Assembly (NCBI GenBank): GCA_024409235.1
Contig: JAKSUA010000003.1
Location: 9,309-73,308, forward strand
From: Bacteroidales bacterium
Lineage (GTDB): Bacteria > Bacteroidota > Bacteroidia > Bacteroidales > UBA1715
DNA: 64,000 nt
Direction: 5' to 3'
Part shown: piece after piece, positions 1 to 9,731 of the stretch
Numbering within the stretch: position 1 is the stretch's first letter
Layout of the letters: every line of letters begins with the position of its first letter
The notes under the pieces: model-generated
Databases searched by the model: none
Told to the model about the DNA's origin: nothing
The model's input: the letters and a program-made list of their open reading frames with translations, nothing else
Translations under genes and position numbers: made by a program

Positions 1-2390
1 GAAAAAGTCAACAGATTCTCAAGTATCTGACGAAGATTAGCCATATCCTCCATATTCTGCTGTGCCATTTGTTCCTGCATCATTCCCTGCATATCTTCCG
101 AAAGTTCCTTGGTTTGTTCAGCAGCCTTTTTCATTGATTTTGAAGACTTTGACTGCTGTCCATTTTGCTGTTCAGATTTGGATTGCTGCATTGAATTCCT
201 TATTTCTTCAAACTGTTGTTTAAAATCTTTTAGATCAAACTTTTGCTGAAGCTCTTCATTTTTCATTTGAGTATCCTGGTATTTTTTCTCAATTGATTCT
301 AATTCTTTCTGTAAATCATCTAACCTCTGCTGAAGTTCTTCGTTGTTTTTTGAATTTTTCAACTCTTCCGACAATTTCTCCTGTTCTTCTGCTAGTTCCT
401 GCAGACGTTCTCCCGTATTATTTACAGACTCTTCAACATCCATTCGTTTTAAAAGCTCCAAGTCTCTGTCCAACTGTTTTGAAAGCTCTTCAAACGACAT
501 TTTCATTTCTTCAGATTTTTTGATGAATTCATCTTTGTTGTAATTTTCCATCATTTGATTAAACTCATCCATCATTTTCTTTAATTCATCATCCATTAAT
601 GAATTTAGCAAATCATTGATTTCCTGCTGTTTTTTTAGAATTTCCTCGTCTTTTTCCGACAGTTTATTCTTCAAATCCTGTTTTTGTTCCAAAGACTGCG
701 AAAGTTGTTCAACCTGTTGCTTTATCTGTTCCTGTTTTTCGTGCATCTCATTCAGAATTTGTTTTCTTTCCCATTCTGAAAGATTCTCATTCAAAAGTTT
801 TTGCTTCAGTTTGTCAAAATCTTTTACTAATTCCTGCGCAATGGATGACGATTGTTCAAACGACGATTCTATTTGTTTTGAATATTGTTCCTGCATTTTT
901 TCTAGTTCGTCCTGCGTTGGAATAGTAAAATCATACATAGAGGAACGAGCAGACTTTTTACCATTAACAGCATCATTATCAAATACTTCAAAATAATAGT
1001 TTACAACATCACCTTTCGAAAATTGTGAAAAATCAAACATGTAAAAGAACTGCTGATGAACAACAGCTGGAGAAAACTCTATTGGAACACGGGTTGATTC
1101 ATTTTCCTTATCCTTCAAAAAGTAAACAAATTCAAGCGATGAAAATCCATAATCATCCTGTATTTCCCCCTTAAAGTAATACGTGAAATACTCTGAACTA
1201 TCTTGCTTTTGTTCAACTTGAATTGAAGGCCTCAAATCTGGAATAACAGTATAAGCATAATGAATAATCTGAACTGAATCTAAATATGTATTTTTTCCTA
1301 TTATTTCATAGGAAGTGTTTTTTGTAACACGTTGATTCAGAATAAATTTTGATCCATTTTTTTGAAATGCAACTGATATAGTATCATCTGACTTAAAAAA
1401 CAAAGAATCAGTATCGGCAACATCAACATTCCAAGAAAGTTTCGTGCCAACAGGAATAGTTAAATCTCCTGTATTTTCAAAAACGGAGTTTTCCAATCCA
1501 GTATAAGAAGGCACCGTTGCCGCAATTGAAAATTTTAACAACTGTGGCAAAGGAATTACTGTCAAATTGTAATTTTTCGAAGAATATTCTTCAGCAGAAA
1601 AATTAAACGACAATGAATTATTGCATCCATGAATAACGTATTCAAAAGAAGATACCGTTTTTTTCGTCATTAAGAAGTTATTTCCGCCTATAGATATATT
1701 TACATATTCTGGAACATATTTTCCTTCTATATGCATTAAAATCGCAAAATCAGAGCCTTTTACTACAGACAAAGAATCATTGTCGATAATAAAACTAAAT
1801 GGAGCTGGCTTTTCGAAGTATTCATCATACTTTACAATTCTTTTTGCACCATCAGCAAATGCACGTGGATAAAATATTGATACAGAAACAATTATTAAAA
1901 TTAATACGACTAAATACTTTAGATATGAAATTAACTTTTTAAAATCTACCGCTGATTCAAAAGGAATAGGACGTAAGTTCGCAACTTTCTGATTAATTGC
2001 AGCAATTGCTAACTTATTATCATTCAACGATTCATCGCTCGCTAACTCAAGTGTGTTCAGTAATGTATCCTTTATTTCCGGGAAAAATTTTGAAATAATT
2101 TTTGCAGCATCTACATAAGAAATTACTTTTCCAATCTTACATACATGAAATAAAGGAATGACAATAAATTTTATTAAAGCGTAAAGACCAAAAAATAAAG
2201 ATAAATAAAATACTATTGTTCTGACTTGCGTAGGGAAAAAAGCAAAATATTCAGCACAACTTATGGTAAAAACATAGAAAGCAACTATTAAAACAAACAA
2301 AATGAGTCCTTTGATAAACTCATTTAAATAGAATTTGCGAATAAATCCGTCTAATTCCTTAATTATGATGTGAATATCGGATTTTCCCAT
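1..2390 (-). CDS. DUF4175-like membrane-anchored coiled-coil protein (partial, 3' end lies outside the window)
   Basis: ATG at 2390-2388. Hand translation gives MGKSDIHIIIKELDGFIRKFYLNEFIKGLILFVLIVAFYVF..., with two N-terminal hydrophobic helices. The same frame is still open at base 1 (...QNMEDMANLRQILENLLTF). It is absent from the ORF track because it runs off the window. The Q/E/K-rich coiled coil explains the spurious + strand ORFs at 293-996. Confidence 0.7.
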   Translation of the reverse strand, partial: MGKSDIHIIIKELDGFIRKFYLNEFIKGLILFVLIVAFYVFTISCAEYFAFFPTQVRTIVFYLSLFFGLYALIKFIVIPLFHVCKIGKVISYVDAAKIISKFFPEIKDTLLNTLELASDESLNDNKLAIAAINQKVANLRPIPFESAVDFKKLISYLKYLVVLILIIVSVSIFYPRAFADGAKRIVKYDEYFEKPAPFSFIIDNDSLSVVKGSDFAILMHIEGKYVPEYVNISIGGNNFLMTKKTVSSFEYVIHGCNNSLSFNFSAEEYSSKNYNLTVIPLPQLLKFSIAATVPSYTGLENSVFENTGDLTIPVGTKLSWNVDVADTDSLFFKSDDTISVAFQKNGSKFILNQRVTKNTSYEIIGKNTYLDSVQIIHYAYTVIPDLRPSIQVEQKQDSSEYFTYYFKGEIQDDYGFSSLEFVYFLKDKENESTRVPIEFSPAVVHQQFFYMFDFSQFSKGDVVNYYFEVFDNDAVNGKKSARSSMYDFTIPTQDELEKMQEQYSKQIESSFEQSSSIAQELVKDFDKLKQKLLNENLSEWERKQILNEMHEKQEQIKQQVEQLSQSLEQKQDLKNKLSEKDEEILKKQQEINDLLNSLMDDELKKMMDEFNQMMENYNKDEFIKKSEEMKMSFEELSKQLDRDLELLKRMDVEESVNNTGERLQELAEEQEKLSEELKNSKNNEELQQRLDDLQKELESIEKKYQDTQMKNEELQQKFDLKDFKQQFEEIRNSMQQSKSEQQNGQQSKSSKSMKKAAEQTKELSEDMQGMMQEQMAQQNMEDMANLRQILENLLTF

Positions 2391-2398
2391 AGGCACTT

Positions 2399-3637
2399 CT
2401 ATTTAGAAAGCCATTGTTCAGGATCCATTTTTTCAAGTTCCTTCCAAATCTGTAACTGCAGAACTGTAGAATTAGTTTCAGGATCAGTATAAATTGTTCC
2501 AATTTCCTGTTTTGCCTTAACCTGTTGTCCTGCTTTTACAGTAACTGAAGTTAAATTATCGTAAACTGTATAATAATTTCCATGTTTAATAAGAACTGCA
2601 GTATTTCTACCAGGAATCAACACAATTTTTGAAACTGTTCCATCGAAAATTGCACGGGCTTTTGAACCTTTAGTAGTAGCAATTGAAACACCATTACTTT
2701 CAACTTCTACATATTCCAAAGTTGGATGTTTGTGACGACCAAAATGTTCAGTGATTTTACCCGTTGCTGTTGGCCAAGGAAGTCGTCCCTTATTTTCAGC
2801 AAAGTTTTGAGACACTAACTTTTCCTCAGGCGTCAGGGTATTGACAGTTGTTGAAGATTTTGTCGTAGTTGTTGTAGTTTTTTTAGCGGCAGCAGCCTTT
2901 TTAGCAGCAATTTCAGCCTTGATTAAATCTTCAATCTGTTTATCAAGTTTTTTTGCAAGTGCTTGTTTTTCAGCAAGTTTTTTCTTTAAATCTTGTTGTT
3001 TTTCATTTAACTTTTTAATTGTTGCTTCTTCCATATACTTATCCTGAGCCAACTTGCGTGCTTCGGATTGTTTTTCGCCAACAAGATTTTTCTTTTTTGT
3101 CAGTAATTTCTCTAAATCGTATTTTCTAACATTCAGACTATCCTGCAGTGTTTTTATTCTTTCTGACTGCTGAATCATATAATCTGAATAATATTGAAGA
3201 TATTTTAACCTATTGTATGCCTGATTAAAATCGTCTGATGACAAAATAAAGATTAACTGTTCATATTGAGAATTAATCTTATAAAGAACAAAAAGTGTTT
3301 GATTATAATCTTTTTGAAGTTCTTCCAACTTTGCAGTCATAGTATGAATTTGAGCATTCGTTGTAAAAACTTCTTGTTCAATTAATTCTATTTCTTGTTG
3401 AAGAGAATTTACATAACTATTTCTTTCATCAATCTGCTGACTCAAAAGCGTTGCACGTTCTATTGAAATTGACTTACTTTTTTCCGTTTCTTTCAACAAC
3501 TTGCTAGTTCTCTCTATTTCCTTTTTTGCCTTAGCTGCTTCTGCCTGAACCTGTTTTACAGTTTTTTTAGGTTTCTGACAATAAGATTCAGTAGAAACAC
3601 ACAAAATAGCTAACAATATGAACAAAAACTTCTTCAT
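2399..3637 (-). CDS. M23 family metallopeptidase / EnvC-like murein hydrolase activator
   Basis: Signal peptide, a long K/E/Q coiled coil, a T-rich linker, and a C-terminal LytM-type domain (GVSIATTKGSKARAIFDGTV...IKHGNYYTVYDNL...GQQVKAKQEIG). Confidence 0.85.
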   Translation of the reverse strand: MKKFLFILLAILCVSTESYCQKPKKTVKQVQAEAAKAKKEIERTSKLLKETEKSKSISIERATLLSQQIDERNSYVNSLQQEIELIEQEVFTTNAQIHTMTAKLEELQKDYNQTLFVLYKINSQYEQLIFILSSDDFNQAYNRLKYLQYYSDYMIQQSERIKTLQDSLNVRKYDLEKLLTKKKNLVGEKQSEARKLAQDKYMEEATIKKLNEKQQDLKKKLAEKQALAKKLDKQIEDLIKAEIAAKKAAAAKKTTTTTTKSSTTVNTLTPEEKLVSQNFAENKGRLPWPTATGKITEHFGRHKHPTLEYVEVESNGVSIATTKGSKARAIFDGTVSKIVLIPGRNTAVLIKHGNYYTVYDNLTSVTVKAGQQVKAKQEIGTIYTDPETNSTVLQLQIWKELEKMDPEQWLSK

Positions 3638-4480
3638 CTACTTTTTAAAATCAAGCTTTTGGTATTTGTCATTTAAATTAAAAGGAAAAGATAATTCATC
3701 ATTGAAATTTACTTTAGAATAACTCATATCTGCAGTTATCTTAGTACTGTTCTTTTTAGCCTTTACACTCACTTGTGTAGGGAAATTTATGTTATCAATA
3801 GTTTCAAAATTTCCATAATGAACTTTCAAGTTTAACTCATCTTTTTCTTCAACATTGATATTAGTAAGTTCCACATCGGAAATTCTAAATACGTCATTAT
3901 TTATTGTCCAAACTTGCTGTAACGAAAGCGTATCGTTTTTCTTGAACTCTTTTTTAGAATAGGTTTTCATTACAGAAATGTTATTCTTAATGTTGACTTC
4001 AAAATTCTTTAACATACCGATAGTATCGGTAATATGCTGGTCAACAAAGAATAATTCATTCAAGAAAATTGACTGAATCGTTTTGAAATCAATTGAATTT
4101 CCGTTTCGATTCAATGAGTCTATTGAGCCGTCGTAATAGACTTTTTGAATCTTCGAATAAAACTTCACACTATCCTGCGTAAGCACACAACGAACCATTT
4201 CAATGTTCATTGTTGGTGCTATAGAAATCCAGATTATACTGTCTTTTTTAATACGGACAGTTCCTTTTACCTGAATTGGTAATGATTTTAACAACTCTTT
4301 TGAATCAATCGAAAACTTAAAAGAGACAGAAGAAAAATCTCCGTAATGTTTTGTTATTGAATCATATAACGAAATTGCTTCGTATTGTTTATAGTCGTTT
4401 GAACTCACAATTTTTTTAGAAGAGTGACACGACGAAAACAACACTATACTCAATACTATGTAAAGGACTACTTTACGCAT
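3638..4480 (-). CDS. DUF4292-like lipoprotein
   Basis: Lipoprotein-type signal (LFSSCHS). It abuts the M23 peptidase gene and follows a TPR gene, an arrangement I recall as conserved in Bacteroidota. Confidence 0.6.
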   Translation of the reverse strand: MRKVVLYIVLSIVLFSSCHSSKKIVSSNDYKQYEAISLYDSITKHYGDFSSVSFKFSIDSKELLKSLPIQVKGTVRIKKDSIIWISIAPTMNIEMVRCVLTQDSVKFYSKIQKVYYDGSIDSLNRNGNSIDFKTIQSIFLNELFFVDQHITDTIGMLKNFEVNIKNNISVMKTYSKKEFKKNDTLSLQQVWTINNDVFRISDVELTNINVEEKDELNLKVHYGNFETIDNINFPTQVSVKAKKNSTKITADMSYSKVNFNDELSFPFNLNDKYQKLDFKK

Positions 4481-4498
4481 ACACAGTTTTTTGCAAAA

Positions 4499-4873
4499 TT
4501 ATCTTTTTTTGCCCATTTTTATGTATAAATCGTCTAAAAAGCGTTTATACTCTCTATTGCTGCCTTTTGAAAGCTTTATAGCCTTATTTATAGCGATTTC
4601 TGCATCGGAAAATTTTCCTTGTGATAGATAAATTTGAGCTATTTCGTAATAAACAGCATTATTTTCCCCTAATATTTTGTTACAATCATAGTACATAGAA
4701 AGTGCTTGATCGTAATTACGACGATTTTTTTCAAGATTTGCCTGAACGAACATTTTTTCAAATTCCACTTTCTTTCTGTCGTACTTCACAGAATCTTCGT
4801 ATGTTTTTAATTTTTGGGAATATGCGAATACAGATAAAAAAAATGATATAAAAAGTAAAGATAAGTATCTCAT
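4499..4873 (-). CDS. Small tetratricopeptide-repeat protein with signal peptide
   Basis: N-terminal hydrophobic signal and TPR-like helices (YDQALSMYYDC..., YYEIAQIYLSQGKFSDAEIAINKAIKL). Confidence 0.7.
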   Translation of the reverse strand: MRYLSLLFISFFLSVFAYSQKLKTYEDSVKYDRKKVEFEKMFVQANLEKNRRNYDQALSMYYDCNKILGENNAVYYEIAQIYLSQGKFSDAEIAINKAIKLSKGSNREYKRFLDDLYIKMGKKR

Positions 4874-4916
4874 ATTCTATAAATTGAAATTAAAAACGAA
4901 ATATTTTTGATAAATT

Positions 4917-5852
4917 TTATTCTTCAATTTCAATTCCTTTTTCCTTACAATATGCTTCTATTTCACTATCATTTTCAAAATAAGAATCACATATTTTTTC
5001 TAATACTTCCATTTGAGCATCTGAATATCTTTCTTCTGCCGAAATATATTTCTCTACGCATTCTATAAATGAAGAAAAGTCTTTATTTGCCCTACATAAT
5101 TTATCAATTGTTTTGAAATCAAGTTTATGATATACAGCAGGATAAAGTATTTTTGATTCAAAAGGATTGGGCTTTAAATGAATGATACCTATACCAAATG
5201 ACTGGTTTAATCTTTCCATTTCATCTTTTAACTCATCGTTAAATTCAAATGTTACAAGATAACCATAATTTGCCCAACTTGAATTAGAAACCGCCTGAAA
5301 AAAATATTGCTTTAAATCATAATCATTATTTATTGAACATTTTAATTCATACGATAGCAACTTGAAAGAATCCATTTTATTAGCAGTTTCCAAAAGATGT
5401 TTTGCTTCTTTTGAATGTAAATTTGAAAAACTAACACCAACAATATCAGGATGAACCCACTTTAAATTCCTATCTTTTCCGTGTTCACTTTTTTCGTGAA
5501 AAATTGTTTTAGCACTAATTTTTTGATTATGAAGATACGTAGTAAACAGTTTATGTAAATCTCTTTCCTTAAAATTAACTTTTATCTCAGAATTTTGACT
5601 ATCACTTTGTATATTATCTTGATTTTCAGTAAGAAAATATACCATAGTTCCCTTAGAATTTTTTTTACGCATTACGCGTTCATCACCTTTTTTGACAAAA
5701 TTAGCTAAAAAGACATTAACTGTTTTCATAGGTGTTTTTGCTTCTCCAAAATCGTGAAGATTATGTTCTATAATATAGTTATAAACCTCCATATAATTAG
5801 AAGGTTTACCTATTTTACCTAATGCATATAAAACGGATTCTTTAATAGTCAT
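4917..5852 (-). CDS. HARE-HTH (Mrr_N-like winged helix) fused to a predicted PD-(D/E)xK nuclease domain
   Basis: The N-terminus YALGKIGKPSNYMEVYNYIIEH...KTPMKTVNVFLANFVKKGDERVMR...MVYFL fits the HARE-HTH pattern. The C-terminal half has WVHPDIVGV ... SYELK ... QAVSNSSW, a D...E-x-K...Q arrangement typical of restriction-endonuclease folds. Confidence 0.55.
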   Translation of the reverse strand: MTIKESVLYALGKIGKPSNYMEVYNYIIEHNLHDFGEAKTPMKTVNVFLANFVKKGDERVMRKKNSKGTMVYFLTENQDNIQSDSQNSEIKVNFKERDLHKLFTTYLHNQKISAKTIFHEKSEHGKDRNLKWVHPDIVGVSFSNLHSKEAKHLLETANKMDSFKLLSYELKCSINNDYDLKQYFFQAVSNSSWANYGYLVTFEFNDELKDEMERLNQSFGIGIIHLKPNPFESKILYPAVYHKLDFKTIDKLCRANKDFSSFIECVEKYISAEERYSDAQMEVLEKICDSYFENDSEIEAYCKEKGIEIEE

Positions 5853-5854
5853 TT

Positions 5855-6850
5855 TTATAACTCATTATAATCTCCAACACTCAATTCGTCCGCGGATTTT
5901 TTCATTGTAACTGAATTTCCTATCATAGAATTGGTAATGTTTGTGTTTTCTAAAATGCTATTCGTCTGAATAATAGTATTTGAAACTACTGAATTGGTAA
6001 TTGTAGAACCTTTTCCTACAGAAACAAATGGTCCAACAACTGAATTTTCAATTTTTGCTCCATCGGCAATACAACAAGGTTCTATAATTTGTGAATTTGT
6101 GATTGTAGCTTTTTCTGAAATTTCACTACCATAATTTGCTAATACTCTTTGATTTGTATTAACTGTAGCGTTTTTATTTCCACAATCTAACCATTCATTT
6201 ACTTGACCAGTATAGAACTTTTTGCCTTTGTTTTTCATATTTTCCAATGCATCGGTCAACTGATATTCTGTACCTCTAATTACATTATTATCAATTAGAT
6301 ATTGAAGTTCAGAACGAAGGTTTCTACCATCTTTAAAGTAATAAATACCAATAATTGCTAAATCAGAAATAAAGTCTTTTGGTTTTTCAACAAAGTCGGT
6401 AATCATACCGTCTGAATCTAATTTAACTACACCAAAAGCAGATGGATCAGCAACTTTTTGTACCCAAATAATCGAATCTTTTGAAGTATCTAAATTGAAA
6501 TCTGCAACAAATAATGTGTCAGCAAAAGCAACAATTACATTACCAGAAAGAGATGTAGAAGCACATAAAATAGCATGTGCAGTTCCTTTTGGTTCTTCCT
6601 GATAGCAGATTTTTCCTATTGCACCAAGTTGAGATGCTATGTCTAACAACATTTTTTCTACATCTTTACCAAAACTTGGATGAATAATAAACGCTATTTC
6701 TTCTATATGTTGCATACAAACACGAGAAATATCTTCTACAAGTCTTTGTACGATTGGCTTACCAGCAACAGGAATTAATGGCTTTGGAATTGAAAGTGTA
6801 TGGGGACGCATTCTTTTTCCCATACCAGCCATAGGGATAATTAATTTCAT
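5855..6850 (-). CDS. Sugar-phosphate nucleotidyltransferase with C-terminal left-handed beta-helix
   Basis: N-terminal IPMAGMGKRMRP...KPLIPVAGKPI signature of NTP-transferases. The C-terminus has hexapeptide-like repeats (IENSVVGPFVSVGKGSTITNSVVSNTIIQTNS...). Confidence 0.8.
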   Translation of the reverse strand: MKLIIPMAGMGKRMRPHTLSIPKPLIPVAGKPIVQRLVEDISRVCMQHIEEIAFIIHPSFGKDVEKMLLDIASQLGAIGKICYQEEPKGTAHAILCASTSLSGNVIVAFADTLFVADFNLDTSKDSIIWVQKVADPSAFGVVKLDSDGMITDFVEKPKDFISDLAIIGIYYFKDGRNLRSELQYLIDNNVIRGTEYQLTDALENMKNKGKKFYTGQVNEWLDCGNKNATVNTNQRVLANYGSEISEKATITNSQIIEPCCIADGAKIENSVVGPFVSVGKGSTITNSVVSNTIIQTNSILENTNITNSMIGNSVTMKKSADELSVGDYNEL

Positions 6851-6886
6851 TCTATTTTATTATAAATAAGTATATATAATCTTAAT

Positions 6887-7321
6887 TTATTTCACTCCTG
6901 TATGTCCAAAACCACCTTCACCACGAACAGTTTCCGATAGTTCTGTAACTTCAACAATTTCTGCTTTTGTATATTTAGCAATCACCATTTGACAAATTCT
7001 TTCACCATCGTTAATAACAAATGGTTCATTCGAAAGGTTTACCAAAATTGCCTTTATTTCTCCACGATAATCTGCATCAATAGTACCAGGAGAGTTTAAT
7101 ACAGTGATACCAAATTTTGCTGCCAAACCACTTCTTGGACGAATTTGTGCTTCATAACCTTCAGGTAGTTCTATAAATAAACCTGTTGGTACTATTGTTC
7201 TCTCCATTGGTTGTAATGTAATAGGAGAGTCTATGTTTGCTCGCAAATCCATTCCTGCAGAATATTCTGTTGAATAAGCAGGCAATTGATGTTTAGACTT
7301 ATTTACTATTCGTAATTCCAT
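6887..7321 (-). CDS. dut: dUTP diphosphatase
   Basis: 144 aa with classic motifs [24 protein letters not shown] and [10 protein letters not shown]. Confidence 0.95.
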   Translation of the reverse strand: MELRIVNKSKHQLPAYSTEYSAGMDLRANIDSPITLQPMERTIVPTGLFIELPEGYEAQIRPRSGLAAKFGITVLNSPGTIDADYRGEIKAILVNLSNEPFVINDGERICQMVIAKYTKAEIVEVTELSETVRGEGGFGHTGVK

Positions 7322-7823
7322 TTTTTTATTTTTTCGTGAAAGTAGTATTATTTTTCAAATTGTCAAAGCTTGAATTTTTCAAAACGCATGATTCAGCAAT
7401 CATATCAGTATTATATTATTTTTTTTTATTAAAAATTTATTTCTGATGCTTATTATAAGCCTGTTAATTGGTTGCTAAAATTTTCGCGATTTTCTTGTAT
7501 TGAACAGAATTTTAAAGTTAAAAACAGATATAAACAAGTTATCAATCTTCTAATTTACTGTTTATCAATAAGAAATATTGGTTATTAACAAAATGCTAAA
7601 ATCCTAGTTTAACACTGCTTTGTTTATTTCTTTTATAGACAAAAACTGTTTGTTTCTATGTTTAAAAACGCTCATTCGAATCAAAAACTTTTTTTGCATA
7701 ATTAATATTCTTGTATAACAAACCAGTTTTTGAAAATTCCAAATAACAGAAACTAAAATTATGAAATTAAATATGCACCGTTTTTTTACTGTTATTAACA
7801 GATATTAACATATGTGTGAACAA

Positions 7824-8243
7824 CTAGACAAATCTTTGTTCGAATTCGCGAACTTCTTTTCTTTCTGCTTCTACAGCCATACGCAAATCATCCCACACTT
7901 GTTTTCCATTATGAATTGCATCTACAAACAGCTCTCCGCGTGTTTTGTCTGTTGAGTATATTGTTAGATTTGATAAACCTACAAGACGTAATAGAAAAGG
8001 CTCGAACAATTTAGTGTCGGTAACACGTTTTAAAAGAATTTCATCTGTGCGTTTAGAAAATAAACCTCGTTCAACAATAATGCGTTTTGTAGTAATGGTT
8101 GTCTTTGTGCATTTTAATAAAAAATAATGGTAAAGTGCTACAAAGACAGGTATTATTAACCAACAAAACAAGCCACATAAAACAAAAACTTTTGTATTTG
8201 TCCATTGTGACGGTGTTCCTTCATAGATTTTCTTTTCTTCCAT
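7824..8243 (-). CDS. Membrane protein with bacterial PH (bPH_2/YdbS-like) domain
   Basis: Two N-terminal TM helices followed by TTITTKRIIVERGLFSKRTDEILLKRVTDTKL...LSNLTIYSTD, typical of bPH_2. Confidence 0.7.
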   Translation of the reverse strand: MEEKKIYEGTPSQWTNTKVFVLCGLFCWLIIPVFVALYHYFLLKCTKTTITTKRIIVERGLFSKRTDEILLKRVTDTKLFEPFLLRLVGLSNLTIYSTDKTRGELFVDAIHNGKQVWDDLRMAVEAERKEVREFEQRFV

Positions 8244-8248
8244 ATTAT

Positions 8249-9730
8249 TTACTTTTCTAATTTCATCATTCTCAATTCATTTCCTACTGACATTAAAATG
8301 AATACAACAAGTAGCATAGTTTTAAATACGTAGGATACAATCAGATTATCGAAAATAATGTACTTGTTAACTACGAAAATAATTCCGGTTAGTATAAAAT
8401 AAAAAGCTAAAGCGCCAAGTTTATAAGGAATTCCATAGTGTTTCTGACAAAGATTATATGATAAAACCGCCATCAAAACATAGCAGGCGAGTGTTGCCCA
8501 TGCACAGGCAACGTAACCATACATAGGAACAAATATCATATTAATTCCTAAAGTAATAAGTGCTCCAAATCCAGTGATTCCAATACCAAATTTTGTTTGA
8601 TTTGTAACTTTATACCAAATGGAAAGGTTAAATACAATTCCTAAGAAGATGTTAGCCATAAGTAGAATAGGGATGATATTTAAACCGTCATGGAAGTTGG
8701 TTCCGATAAATAATTTAAATACATCAATATAGAGAATTATTCCAAGGAATATAAACAAAGTGAATATTGTGAAGTAGTTCATAATTTTAGCGTATGTCTG
8801 CCGTGAATCATTTTCTTTCATTCTTGAGAAGAAAAATGGTTCAGCTGCGAAGCGAAATGCCTGGTTAAATAGTGAGATTATCATAGCCAATTTATAGTTA
8901 GCTCCATATATACCGACTTGAGAAAGTATATATTGCGAGGCATCAGCACCGTCAGGTATTGTTAAGAAATAACGGAGAGAAACTCTGTCGTAAACTTCGT
9001 TAATACTTCCAGCAAGACCAGAAATAAGCAGCGGCCATGAATAACTCAAAATTCGTTTTAATAAACTGTAGTCGAATCCATTGCGAGATTTAAAAATATC
9101 TGGTAACAGGAGAAGTAATGTAACAATGCTTGCAATTAGATTCGAAATAAAAATCCAAAGAACATTTGGTGTAGCGAAATGTTCTGTTAACCAGGCATTT
9201 GAACTAGTTTTTGCAATTTGTGGAAGTACAATTATCAATAATAGATTAAGCCCAATATTTATGGCAATATTTGTAAGCTTAATTCCAGCAAATTTCACTG
9301 CTTTGTTTTCGTGACGTAGTTTTGCAAATGGAACGCTTGTAAAGGCATCAATACCTATAATAACTGCCATAATCATTATAAAATCCTGATGATTAGCGTA
9401 TCCTAAAATATTTGAGATAGGACCGAGGAAAATAAGAACTAGTCCAATGAAAATGAATGACGAAGAAAATAAACTTGTCATTATTGTTGAAAAAACCTTT
9501 GGCTGATCTTCTTTATTTTGTACAAAGCGGAAAAATCCAGTTTCCATACCATATGTAAGGAAAATCATTAAGAAAACAGTATAGCTGTAAAGTTCTGTAA
9601 CAACTCCGTATTCCGATTGTGAAAAGCAGCGCGTGTAGAGCGGAACAAGCATAAAATTAAGGAAACGACCTATAATTGTACTCATTCCGTAAATTGCTGT
9701 TTGTCCGATAAGTTTTTTGATTACTCCCAT
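8249..9730 (-). CDS. Oligosaccharide/polysaccharide flippase (MOP superfamily, Wzx-like)
   Basis: About 490 aa and polytopic (12-14 TM), with a MOP-type N-terminus (IGQTAIYGMSTIIGRFLNFMLVPLYTR). I prefer the ATG at 9730 (MGVIKK...), which sits 1 nt after the hemW stop. The track ORF extends to 9754. Confidence 0.8.
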   Translation of the reverse strand: MGVIKKLIGQTAIYGMSTIIGRFLNFMLVPLYTRCFSQSEYGVVTELYSYTVFLMIFLTYGMETGFFRFVQNKEDQPKVFSTIMTSLFSSSFIFIGLVLIFLGPISNILGYANHQDFIMIMAVIIGIDAFTSVPFAKLRHENKAVKFAGIKLTNIAINIGLNLLLIIVLPQIAKTSSNAWLTEHFATPNVLWIFISNLIASIVTLLLLLPDIFKSRNGFDYSLLKRILSYSWPLLISGLAGSINEVYDRVSLRYFLTIPDGADASQYILSQVGIYGANYKLAMIISLFNQAFRFAAEPFFFSRMKENDSRQTYAKIMNYFTIFTLFIFLGIILYIDVFKLFIGTNFHDGLNIIPILLMANIFLGIVFNLSIWYKVTNQTKFGIGITGFGALITLGINMIFVPMYGYVACAWATLACYVLMAVLSYNLCQKHYGIPYKLGALAFYFILTGIIFVVNKYIIFDNLIVSYVFKTMLLVVFILMSVGNELRMMKLEK

Positions 9731-9731
9731 G

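Noticed and set aside
293-996. Three + strand ORFs (76, 66 and 126 aa) rich in S/C/F/L
   Set aside because: They are antisense to the open minus-strand frame of the DUF4175-like gene. The low-complexity composition mirrors its Q/E/K coiled-coil codons. They have no start context and no recognisable motif.
7322-7823. Replication origin (oriC), or a Bacteroides-style invertible promoter, in the long dut upstream gap
   Set aside because: The DnaA-like 9-mers all carry 2-3 mismatches in DNA where such words are expected by chance, and no dnaA or other origin-linked gene is nearby. The best inverted repeat flanking the region (CTGTTAAT / ATTAACAG) is only 8 bp, too short to call an invertase site. 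I keep it only as a low-interest finding.
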